A stretch of 32,000 nucleotides of DNA from Fibrobacter succinogenes subsp. succinogenes S85 (GTDB lineage Bacteria > Fibrobacterota > Fibrobacteria > Fibrobacterales > Fibrobacteraceae): the NCBI RefSeq assembly GCF_000146505.1, contig NC_017448.1, forward strand, positions 1,320,001 through 1,352,000, in the 5' to 3' direction. Positions 15,841 to 24,071 of this stretch are shown here, in pieces; position 1 is the stretch's first letter; every line of letters starts with the position of its first letter. The notes beneath the pieces are model-generated. The model did no database searches and was not told the origin of the DNA. It worked only from the letters and a program-made list of their open reading frames with translations. The position numbers and the translations under genes are program-made.

Positions 15841-17145
15841 CTAGTTACCAAAGAAGCACTTGGCCTTGCCACCTTCTTTACCCGTTGCTGTCACGCAAAC
15901 GTTATCCATCGTATTCTGGCCAGCCTTCACAGCACCCAAAGCAATACCGCTATTGCTGATGTTGTAATCGCCCGGATAAGACTTAGAAGATGTACCATAA
16001 GTGATATCCAACGTCAACCCAGGCTGGTTCTGAGCTGCGGTAACATCGCAAAGCAAGGAGATGTTATTCGGAGTCCAGCCACCTTCCCACTTGAAGGAAA
16101 CCTGAATGCATGCTTCCTTGTTCAGCGGAATATCAATAGAGACATCCGCAGCAGACGGAATGCTGGAGCCTTCAAACGTCAAGGGGTAATCCGGATCGTT
16201 TGCATCCACAGAAACAACCGTATCGCACGGGACCTGAATAACGGTGTTGTCGTCATTGGAAACGCTAACGATCGGAGCTGCAGCCTGGTTCTTTGCGGTA
16301 AATGCCTGAGAAGCCTTCGCAGGATTCGTCGGATCGGCAAGAGCACCAGCCCATTCGTAACCGACAATATTAGCACCCGTAGAAGAGCAGCCCTCAATAG
16401 TCCAAGCACCACCAACGCTAATATCCGGATTCTTTTCTGCAGCAGCGCACTTACAGCCTGTAATCGGAGCGCCGTTCACCTGAACCGGTGTGCAAGTCAC
16501 GTTATGGACAGCACCAGCAGCCGTGGTAATCTGGACAGAAGCATTGTGCTTACCAGAGGTAGCGTACGTCACCGTATGGGTACGGCCTTTAACACCTTCC
16601 AAAACAGCTGAAGCAGCCGGAGTACCATCGGCGGTCGTCCATACGGACTTAGACTTCAGGTAATCCTGGCCCGTAATAGCACTGCCACGTTCAAACTTCC
16701 AAATTACGGATTCGCCACTTTCATAGGTATCCTTTTCCGGAGCGCAGGTACCAACATCACCACCCGGCTGTACAACCGGAGCGCTGCTAGACGAAGAATA
16801 AAGGAAAACCGGACCGGACTGAGACGACGAGGATGCAATGCCCGGTTCTGCAGAAGACGACGTATTGATAACAATCTTGCTACTAGAAGATACATTCGTT
16901 GACGGAGCAGAGCTAGAGGATCTAGCAGTTGGCCTTCTAGAAGAAGAGGAAGAGGACGTTGCAACAGCAACTCCACATTCAGGACACAAACCCGGTTGAA
17001 GTGCCAAAATACCGACAACAGCATCATCAATTGTTTCCATGTTAGCATCGGCATCGGTAGGCTTGGAAATTTCACCACTTCCACAAGCCCAAAAACTTGC
17101 GGCAATGCCTAAAGCGAACATACCAGCATAAATCTTTTTATTCAT
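15841..17145 (-). CDS. Lipoprotein with Ser-rich linkers and Cys-framed beta-sandwich-like modules, paralogous to 17308..18576
   Basis: I prefer Met18 of the track ORF as the start (MNKKIYAGMFALGIAASFWAC, lipobox FWAC|G, AAGAGG upstream). Ser-rich linkers lie at about 16790-16960. One module, C151..C235 in track numbering (16492-16746), matches the two modules of the neighbouring gene. Confidence 0.7.
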   Translation of the reverse strand: MNKKIYAGMFALGIAASFWACGSGEISKPTDADANMETIDDAVVGILALQPGLCPECGVAVATSSSSSSRRPTARSSSSAPSTNVSSSSKIVINTSSSAEPGIASSSSQSGPVFLYSSSSSAPVVQPGGDVGTCAPEKDTYESGESVIWKFERGSAITGQDYLKSKSVWTTADGTPAASAVLEGVKGRTHTVTYATSGKHNASVQITTAAGAVHNVTCTPVQVNGAPITGCKCAAAEKNPDISVGGAWTIEGCSSTGANIVGYEWAGALADPTNPAKASQAFTAKNQAAAPIVSVSNDDNTVIQVPCDTVVSVDANDPDYPLTFEGSSIPSAADVSIDIPLNKEACIQVSFKWEGGWTPNNISLLCDVTAAQNQPGLTLDITYGTSSKSYPGDYNISNSGIALGAVKAGQNTMDNVCVTATGKEGGKAKCFFGN

Positions 17146-17224
17146 AAAAAACCTCTTAGGCGAAAAATAAATTAAATCACCGCAATATGCAAACACTGTA
17201 AGCGTTTTTTATTGAGGAAATTCA

Positions 17225-17257
17225 CAAAAAAGCGCCCCGAACACGAGGCCCGGAGCG
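17225..17257 (-). terminator. Probable rho-independent terminator between the two lipoprotein genes
   Basis: On the - strand: cgctccg ggcctcgtgtt cggggcg (7-bp stem with one G-U pair), then CTTTTTT. Confidence 0.55.
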
Positions 17258-17307
17258 TTTGTAAAGTTAATTATACAAGAATCTGTATTTTATAGAACTT
17301 TTAGAGA

Positions 17308-18576
17308 TTAATACGTCTGACATTCCGGGAGAGTATCATCTTCTTCACAGGAGGTAGCCTTCTTAGAACTAGAAGATTTTTCTTCCGATTCTTCCGAGGA
17401 AGAAGAACTATCTTCCTCAGGCGGTTCTTCGGACGAAGAGCTTTCCGGCAAGGCCTCTACACGGAGGAGCGGGTCCATATCGTTTTCATCCAATTCATTG
17501 TATTCACAGGTAACGGTCTGCGTTCCCCAAGTTGCCATAGGAGCCCTGTCACCAGTAATATCTCCCGGTTGGGTGTACTTGACGGTAATCGTTGTAGAGC
17601 CACTTCCTTTTTTCTGGCCGTCAATGAGTTCTGCAGAAGCATCCCCCAAAGCCATCCAGTTGTGCGTCCCTTCAAGGACATTGCCATCGGCATCCACAAT
17701 AGACCATTCCACAGATTCACCCGCAGGTATCACACGCTTGCTGACAGCGCAATAGCCCTTCACCACGGCCTTGGAAGAAGAAGAGGATTCTGGTTCAGAA
17801 GAAGACGATGATTCCTCTTCCGAAGAAGAGCTTTCTTCAACCTCAACCTGATAGACGCGGAAATCATCGTCACAACGAATTTCCTTTCCAGCGAATGTGA
17901 GATCCGGCCCAAACTTTTGTCCAACGGTAGAATACTTCACCTTGATGCTAGGCGTACCATTGCCCGAAAGTTTCCCTTCGACAAGTCCCTTTTCGACTTC
18001 ATTGGAGACTTCCCATATGAAATTACCCGTTTGCTGCGAGCCTTCATCCGGGAGGTAGCTCCAAGTCACTATGTCACCGATATAGACCTTTTCGGGCCTA
18101 TCCAAAATGCACTTGCCAGAAACCGGCAGTGGCTTGCTGGAGCTAGACGACACACTGCTAGACGATGCAGACTTTGCCGTAGAGCTGCTAGACGAGCCCT
18201 TAACGGAGCTAGAAGATGTTGTCCCGCCTTTGGAGCTGCTAGAATTTGCAGAAGTCGAACTAGAAGAATTCGAGGTCTTGCTACTAGAAGAACTCTTGTT
18301 TTCTGATTTCTTGGAGCTGCTGCTGATTTTCATAATGTCGTCAGCATCGCAGCCGGCCTTGTGGCCTTCCTTGCTGTTACAATACTTTATAAACGGTTCT
18401 AGAAATTCATCAACGTTCTTATCGTAATCTTTCTTTGTCGAATCAATTTTTTCCTGAATTTTCTTCAGAGCCGTTTCATCCTTATCATCGACACCGACGA
18501 TATCGCCTTCGCCGCATGCCCAAAAAGCCGTCATGACTGACGTCAAAAATAAAGGTATTAACTTTTTCCTATCCAT
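17308..18576 (-). CDS. Lipoprotein with three Ser/Glu-rich linkers and two Cys-framed beta-sandwich-like modules
   Basis: I prefer Met46 of the track ORF as the start (MDRKKLIPLFLTSVMTAFWAC, lipobox FWAC|G). That start is 16 nt after the ABC ATPase stop. Modules at 17872-18111 and 17506-17751 share the pattern C-x9/10-G-[DE]-x-V-x-W ... W ... V-K-Y ... C. Confidence 0.7.
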   Translation of the reverse strand: MDRKKLIPLFLTSVMTAFWACGEGDIVGVDDKDETALKKIQEKIDSTKKDYDKNVDEFLEPFIKYCNSKEGHKAGCDADDIMKISSSSKKSENKSSSSSKTSNSSSSTSANSSSSKGGTTSSSSVKGSSSSSTAKSASSSSVSSSSSKPLPVSGKCILDRPEKVYIGDIVTWSYLPDEGSQQTGNFIWEVSNEVEKGLVEGKLSGNGTPSIKVKYSTVGQKFGPDLTFAGKEIRCDDDFRVYQVEVEESSSSEEESSSSSEPESSSSSKAVVKGYCAVSKRVIPAGESVEWSIVDADGNVLEGTHNWMALGDASAELIDGQKKGSGSTTITVKYTQPGDITGDRAPMATWGTQTVTCEYNELDENDMDPLLRVEALPESSSSEEPPEEDSSSSSEESEEKSSSSKKATSCEEDDTLPECQTY

Positions 18577-18592
18577 AATTTTCCCCACTCTT

Positions 18593-19387
18593 TTATTCTT
18601 GCGATTCCCCATCCACCGAAATTTTGCGCTGGCCCGTAATGAACTGATGCACATACGGGTTGCTTGTATTCTTGATTTCATCGACGGTCCCCACCTCGAT
18701 GATTCGACCATTCAAGAGCATGGCAATTCGGTCCGCCACCTTGAATGCACTGACCATGTCGTGCGTCACCACGACAGACGTAACCCCGAGCTTGCTCTGC
18801 ATATCGAGAATAAGGTCGTTAATCACGTCACTCGTAATCGGGTCCAAGCCCGTTGTCGGTTCATCGTACAAAAGAATTTCCGGATTCAGAGCAATAGCTC
18901 TCGCAAGCGCCACACGCTTACGCATACCACCCGAAAGTTCGGATGGCATCTTTGTACGGAAAGACGGTACGAGGTTGATCATCTGGAGCTTTTCGGTCAC
19001 CACGTTCTGGATCTCGGCTTCAGAGAGTTCGGGATGATGTTCACGGAGGGCAAAGGCGATATTTTCGCCTGTATCCATGGAGTCAAACAAGGCACCCATT
19101 TGGAACAACATACCCATCTTGCGGCGAATGGTTCGCGTATCGAAGAACTGCGGCGTACTGATCGTCACGCCATCGACAGTCACTTCACCGCCATCCGGCT
19201 GCAAAAGTCCAATCATGTGCTTAAGAATCACGGACTTGCCACCGCCAGACTTACCGATGATGACCATCGTCTCGCCACGGCGGATGTCGAGGTTCACGTC
19301 TTCAAGAACCGTCTGAGGGCCAAAGGACTTCTTGAGCCCCTTGAGTCGAATCGCAATATCATTCGGATCGATTTTTACATTCGGCAT
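18593..19387 (-). CDS. ABC transporter ATP-binding protein, MlaF-like
   Basis: Walker A GKSGGGKS, signature LSGGMRKRVALARA, Walker B LLYDEPTTGLD. 264 aa, paired with an MlaE-type permease. Confidence 0.85.
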   Translation of the reverse strand: MPNVKIDPNDIAIRLKGLKKSFGPQTVLEDVNLDIRRGETMVIIGKSGGGKSVILKHMIGLLQPDGGEVTVDGVTISTPQFFDTRTIRRKMGMLFQMGALFDSMDTGENIAFALREHHPELSEAEIQNVVTEKLQMINLVPSFRTKMPSELSGGMRKRVALARAIALNPEILLYDEPTTGLDPITSDVINDLILDMQSKLGVTSVVVTHDMVSAFKVADRIAMLLNGRIIEVGTVDEIKNTSNPYVHQFITGQRKISVDGESQE

Positions 19388-19395
19388 AACAACCT

Positions 19396-20178
19396 CTAGA
19401 AGAACATGAACGCATCAAGAATAAAGTCAGAAACCAAAATCATAAGGCAACTCGCCACAACAACACTCATCGTTGCAAGGCCCACGCCATGCGCACCCGG
19501 CTTGGAGTGCGTCCCGTGGTAATAAGCCAGCACAAAGATGATCGTCCCAAACACAATCGACTTGATAATCCCCGCCCACAAGTCCATATTGCTGAACAGG
19601 TACTGCATACCGGTCGAATAGGTGTAGGTCGTGATATCCAAAGCAAGCACACAGACAATCCAGCCACCAATCAACGCAAGCGCATTGGAGATGGCGGTCA
19701 GACACGGAATCATCGTCAAGAACGCAAAGAAGCGCGGCATCGCGAGGTAGCGGTACGGGTCAAGCCCGAGCACCACGTAAGCGGAAAGCTCTTCTTTCTC
19801 TTTCATGGAACCAAGCTCCGCAGCGACGGCACTCCCCACTCGCCCCGAAAGCACGATAGCCGTAAGGAGCGGTCCAAGCTCGATAAGCACCATCTTGCAA
19901 GCGGCCGTTCCCACAAACTTGTCGGACACGAGATTGTGGAATTCAAACTCGGCCATGATGGTTGCGACCATGCCCGTAAAGATGGATGTCACAAACAGAA
20001 GCGGGAGCGAGGAGACGCCTACAGAAATCATCTCCTTCACAATAAGCGACGGATTCTTATGCACGTACCGGAACTGCTTGAGCGTAATAAACAGGATGCA
20101 AATGCACTCGCCTACGGCGGCGATTGCATCAACAATCTTTTGCCCAATCCAAGTTATCGGTTTCAGAATCAACGTCAT
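19396..20178 (-). CDS. ABC transporter permease, MlaE family
   Basis: 260 aa. MlaE core IELGPLLTAIVLSGRVGSAVAAELGSMKEKEELSAYVVLGLDPYRYLAMPRF. Confidence 0.8.
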   Translation of the reverse strand: MTLILKPITWIGQKIVDAIAAVGECICILFITLKQFRYVHKNPSLIVKEMISVGVSSLPLLFVTSIFTGMVATIMAEFEFHNLVSDKFVGTAACKMVLIELGPLLTAIVLSGRVGSAVAAELGSMKEKEELSAYVVLGLDPYRYLAMPRFFAFLTMIPCLTAISNALALIGGWIVCVLALDITTYTYSTGMQYLFSNMDLWAGIIKSIVFGTIIFVLAYYHGTHSKPGAHGVGLATMSVVVASCLMILVSDFILDAFMFF

Positions 20179-20187
20179 TGCACTTCC

Positions 20188-21615
20188 TTAAAAACTGCCA
20201 AAGTCGGCGACCTGCGGTCCACCGCCCTCGTCATCTGAACCATACTGATAATCTTCATCGCCACCTTCCATGCCTTGCTGGTCGGTTGCATCGTAGAACG
20301 TCGTGTATTCCGGCACAAAGCTCATGTCAATATCCTTGACGGAACCGTTACGGTGCTTGGCCACAATGAGTGTGGCCTTGTAGCGGTCTTCGTCCTTATG
20401 CGTCTGCACGAACGGGCGTTCCACGAACCACACCATGTCAGCGTCCTGTTCGATAGAACCGGATTCACGCAAGTCCGAAAGCTGCGGACGTTCACGACCT
20501 TTTTCTTCAACTTTACGGCTGAGCTGAGCGAGTGCAATGACTGGAATACTCAGTTCCTTTGCCAAAATCTTGAGACCACGGGAAATCGCACCGATAGCGA
20601 CAGCGCGGTTTTCTTCCTTGCCAGTCTTCATCAACTGCAAGTAGTCGATGATGAGGAGGTCGAGGTGGCCTTTATGCTTGAGCTGGCGCGCCTTGCTCAT
20701 GAGTTCCATGATACCGAGGTCAGCGTTGTCATCGACAAACAGCGGAGCCTGGTTAATCGGAGTCACGGCGGCAATAATCTTCTTGATTTCGTCAGAGTTG
20801 AGCTTACCGTTACGGAGCCTACTCTGGTCGACCTGCGCTTGCGAGCAGAGCAGACGTTGGGCAAGCTGGATGCCGTCCATTTCCAAGCTGAAGAACGCAA
20901 CGTTTTTGCCGTAGCGAATGGCTGCGTTTGCGGCAACCGTCATGGCGAAAGACGTTTTACCCACACCCGGACGAGCAGCGAGAATAATCAAGTCGGAATT
21001 CTGGAGACCGTTCGTGAGTTCGTCCAGTTCCGTAATGCCTGTAGGCACGCCCGTAATGCCGCCTTCACGACGGTTGTTGATGCGTTCCAGAAGAGGAGCG
21101 ACAAAGTTGTCGATAGACTTTAAGGTGTTGCGCACCTGGTTATCGGCAATCGCAAAGATATCGCGTTCGGCATCTTGAAGCACATTGTCCGGAGTCGAAG
21201 CCGGATCCATCGCCTGGCGGATAATTTCGGAAGACGTGCGGATGAGCTTGCGAAGCACCGCCTTGCTGCGGAGGTGTTCCAACTGCCACGGGACATTCGC
21301 CGACGAAGCGACGGATTCCATCAATTCAAAGATGTATTCACGGCCACCGACAATGTCAAGCTTATCCATCTTCGTGAGTTCCGCCGAAAGCGTCACAGGA
21401 TCGATGGGTGTAACCGACTTGTTCAAACTGCAAAGTGCATTCCAAATCAACTGATGACGTTCCAAGTAGAAAAAGTCATCGTCACTGATGGCCATCACAG
21501 CGACGCCCATCACTTCGGGGTCACGCAAAATACCGCCCAACAGGCAGCGCTCCGCCTCAACATCGGCGGGCATTTGGCGACCATCAAACGACTTGGATTT
21601 ATTTTCTTCAGACAT
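20188..21615 (-). CDS. dnaB: Replicative DNA helicase
   Basis: Walker A AARPGVGKTSF and the DnaB motif LLIIDYLQLM. The N-terminal domain begins PADVEAERCLLGGIL. The protein has an extra acidic/Gly-rich C-terminal tail. Confidence 0.9.
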   Translation of the reverse strand: MSEENKSKSFDGRQMPADVEAERCLLGGILRDPEVMGVAVMAISDDDFFYLERHQLIWNALCSLNKSVTPIDPVTLSAELTKMDKLDIVGGREYIFELMESVASSANVPWQLEHLRSKAVLRKLIRTSSEIIRQAMDPASTPDNVLQDAERDIFAIADNQVRNTLKSIDNFVAPLLERINNRREGGITGVPTGITELDELTNGLQNSDLIILAARPGVGKTSFAMTVAANAAIRYGKNVAFFSLEMDGIQLAQRLLCSQAQVDQSRLRNGKLNSDEIKKIIAAVTPINQAPLFVDDNADLGIMELMSKARQLKHKGHLDLLIIDYLQLMKTGKEENRAVAIGAISRGLKILAKELSIPVIALAQLSRKVEEKGRERPQLSDLRESGSIEQDADMVWFVERPFVQTHKDEDRYKATLIVAKHRNGSVKDIDMSFVPEYTTFYDATDQQGMEGGDEDYQYGSDDEGGGPQVADFGSF

Positions 21616-21704
21616 AACTATACCGATTTAAATATACAATAATAGTTTACATTGGATTTTGGGGATGGCACGAAATCGGGGTGAAATGGGCCATAAAAAT
21701 GGAG

Positions 21705-21725
21705 ATGCCCCATCGAGTGGGGCAT
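21705..21725 (-). terminator. Hairpin downstream of the UDG-like gene: a weak terminator, also a member of the 'hairpin + ATGACA' motif family
   Basis: Stem atgcccca (21705-21712) / tggggcat (21718-21725). On the - strand it is followed by CTCCATTTTTA. On the + strand it is followed by gacaatg, as at 2311-2322. Confidence 0.4.
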
Positions 21726-21763
21726 GACAATGTGATTGCGAGAGTGCGCGGGGTAATGCGCGG

Positions 21764-22690
21764 CTACTTGGCTGCGGTGAAAAGGCCGCTGCGCGGGATA
21801 TGCACCTTCCACGTGAGCCATTTAAGCTGTTTGTCCGTCGTCATCGTGTAAGCATCGACAAGCGAGACCGTCTTTGTGCCGTTGAAATCAAGCGCAGTTC
21901 CCGCATTATCATTGAAGTTTTTACCCTTGCTGAACACGTCATAGAAAAGCGGCTCGCCAAAAGTCATCATGATTTCAGGCGCAATAAAGGAAAGTTCCTT
22001 TGTTAGCATTCGGCGGAGCGAGGCGAGCAGGATCGGAGATAGTGCTCGCGGAGCATCCTTGTAGAAATACGTGACGCCAAGTGAATCCGGGACGTAACCG
22101 AGGCTTCCGAACAAACGCACAAGCATCTCGCCAGTCGGAGACTGGAAGAAATTGTTGCCAGTTTCGCCGGGCTTCGGGGCGGCAAGGAGAATCAGAAGGC
22201 GCGGGTGCTCCGGGCCTTCGTAGCGAACAACGTTCGTAGCACGCGCGTAAAGCGGGTCGGTCTTGAGCGCATCGTAGAAGGCGACGATGGAATCGGCGAG
22301 TTCGTACGCGGCGGTCGTCTTCTTGACGGCGCGCGGGGCAATGGTGAGGCCAGCATCGAGCTTTGGCGCCGGAGCCGGATGCGGAGAAGGCGCGGGTTGC
22401 GCGGGAGCGCCGAATGAAGGCTGCTGAAAAGCGGACTGCGCAGGAGACTGGAACGGCGATTGCTGAGGAATCGGAGCAGGATTCGCGGGAGCCGAATGCT
22501 GCGGGAATGGAGCCGGGTTCGCGGGACGCTGCATTTGCGGCATCGGATTTGCTGGACGGACAGGCGCAGGAGCGGCAGACTTTTTGCGGGTCAATGTCCA
22601 CGGTTCATCGAGGAGCAAATCCTCCTCGCCCATGTCCATTTGGCCTTGCAGATATTTGCGAAGTTCGCTGAAATCAAATTCTTCGGGCAT
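21764..22690 (-). CDS. Protein with an acidic N-terminus, a Pro-rich repeat linker and a divergent uracil-DNA-glycosylase-superfamily-like C-terminal domain
   Basis: The start is 9 nt after the coaBC stop. LLILLAAPKPGETGNNFFQSPTGEMLVRLFGSLGY aligns by eye to the UDG family-4 motif region (GEAPG..E....G.PF.G.AG.LL), but the catalytic residues are not conserved and no Fe-S cysteines are present. The linker contains PANPMP / PANPAP / PANPAP. Confidence 0.45.
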   Translation of the reverse strand: MPEEFDFSELRKYLQGQMDMGEEDLLLDEPWTLTRKKSAAPAPVRPANPMPQMQRPANPAPFPQHSAPANPAPIPQQSPFQSPAQSAFQQPSFGAPAQPAPSPHPAPAPKLDAGLTIAPRAVKKTTAAYELADSIVAFYDALKTDPLYARATNVVRYEGPEHPRLLILLAAPKPGETGNNFFQSPTGEMLVRLFGSLGYVPDSLGVTYFYKDAPRALSPILLASLRRMLTKELSFIAPEIMMTFGEPLFYDVFSKGKNFNDNAGTALDFNGTKTVSLVDAYTMTTDKQLKWLTWKVHIPRSGLFTAAK

Positions 22691-22699
22691 ACCGTTCCT

Positions 22700-24007
22700 C
22701 TAAGCGTTCTTTAACTGATCAAGGCTAAAATCTACAATTTCTTGCGCGAGATCGATTTTGGAGCCCATCTTCATCTCGGGAATTTCAACCTCAGCCGCAT
22801 TTTGTGCATTGCGAGAGTTCGCGCGGATTAACGTGTAACGGACTTCGTCAAAACCAAAACCGCTGTTCGCAGCCACAGGGGCATTGAGGAGTAGCGCATC
22901 GGCGCCGCTCTTCTTGAGCTTCTCGGCCGCATGTTCCTTGAAGTGGTCCGTTTCAAGCGCAAAACCGACAATGACCTGGTCCGCACGCTTTTGAGCAACA
23001 CTGTCACGCAAGATGTTCGGATTCGGTTCAAGTTCCAAGACGAGCTGACTACGGCTATCCTTGATTTTTTCTGTAGCGGCCACCTTCGGGCGGTAATCGG
23101 CCACGGCGGCGCAATGCACGAGCACATCGGCGTTTTTCATCTGCTCAAGAACAGCCTTATGCATATCGCAAGCGCTCTTGATTTTTGTCACGTGGACGGC
23201 ACCCGGAAATTCAGCTTCCATCGGGCCAGCGACAACGCTCACTTCAAAGCCGTTCGCTAGGAACGTCGCGGCAATAGCAACAGCAGTCTTTCCGCTGCTA
23301 CGGTTGCTAATGTAACGCACCGGGTCAATCGCTTCTTCGGTGCGACCAGCCGTGATGAGGACCTTCTTGCCGTAACCGGGAAGCGTCGGATCCACTTCAT
23401 TTTCAGCAGGAAGAGTTTGAAGATCCTTCGACTTCGCGCGCGGCGCTTCGCTCAGGATGACACTACTAGCTTCTAAATAAGCGACAATTTCCGCAGGGTC
23501 GAGGAGGCGGCCTTTGCCGACTTCGCCACAGGCGAGTTCGCCCGCCGGGCTGTCCATCACGAACGTATTTTCAAAACTGCGGAGCGTTTCGAGATTGCGT
23601 TTGACGGCCGGAGAATTGAACATCGCGACATTCATCGCAGGGGCAATAAAACGCGGACCCGTGCAGCTCATAAAGCAAAGGCTCACTGGGTCATCAGCAA
23701 TGCCATAGACGAACTTTCCGATGACATTTGCGGTCGCCGGAACGACGAGATAAAGGTCGGCCCAACGCGGGAAATCGATATGCTGGAACGGACGCGCTTC
23801 AACGGCGCCATTTTTCAGGTAAACCGGACACTTGGAGAGGCTTGCAAACGTAAGCGGGGCCACGAACTGCGTAGCGGCTTCGGTCATGCAGACGCGCACT
23901 TCGGCGCCTTTCTTTTGCAACAGGCGCAAGAGTTCACAAGACTTGTAGGCGGCAATTCCGCCCGAGACTCCAAGAAGAATTTTCTTTCCAGCGAGATTCA
24001 TAGCCAT
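22700..24007 (-). CDS. coaBC: Bifunctional phosphopantothenoylcysteine decarboxylase / phosphopantothenate--cysteine ligase
   Basis: Flavoprotein N-terminus KKILLGVSGGIAAYKSCELLR. CoaB motif DPVRYISNRSSGK. 435 aa. Confidence 0.9.
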   Translation of the reverse strand: MAMNLAGKKILLGVSGGIAAYKSCELLRLLQKKGAEVRVCMTEAATQFVAPLTFASLSKCPVYLKNGAVEARPFQHIDFPRWADLYLVVPATANVIGKFVYGIADDPVSLCFMSCTGPRFIAPAMNVAMFNSPAVKRNLETLRSFENTFVMDSPAGELACGEVGKGRLLDPAEIVAYLEASSVILSEAPRAKSKDLQTLPAENEVDPTLPGYGKKVLITAGRTEEAIDPVRYISNRSSGKTAVAIAATFLANGFEVSVVAGPMEAEFPGAVHVTKIKSACDMHKAVLEQMKNADVLVHCAAVADYRPKVAATEKIKDSRSQLVLELEPNPNILRDSVAQKRADQVIVGFALETDHFKEHAAEKLKKSGADALLLNAPVAANSGFGFDEVRYTLIRANSRNAQNAAEVEIPEMKMGSKIDLAQEIVDFSLDQLKNA

Positions 24008-24025
24008 TAAAATAGCAATTTAAAA

Positions 24026-24060
24026 TTTAGTTACTAGTTAATAGTTATTAGTTACTAGTA
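24026..24060. repeat. Heptanucleotide array, 5 units (NNTAGTT)
   Basis: tttagtt actagtt aatagtt attagtt actagta in exact 7-nt register. It fills the spacer between the acyltransferase stop (24072) and the coaBC start (24007). Confidence 0.8.
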
Positions 24061-24071
24061 TCGCAACGATG

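Noticed and set aside
15841-16490. Diversity-generating retroelement target or hypervariable C-terminal region in the 434-aa lipoprotein
   Set aside because: No reverse transcriptase, template repeat or Asn-codon-rich variable repeat is present in the window. The C-terminal region appears only once.
18136-18324. Ser-rich linker DNA (tctagc-type reiteration) as a tandem DNA repeat or phase-variation tract
   Set aside because: The Ser codons are mixed and there is no exact nucleotide periodicity. It is low-complexity coding sequence typical of linkers, not a slippage-prone homogeneous repeat.
21618-21821. 67-aa - strand ORF between the UDG-like gene and dnaB
   Set aside because: It overlaps the 3' end of 21764..22690 in another frame and runs through the hairpin/motif region. 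The peptide is His/Pro-rich with no features of a real protein.
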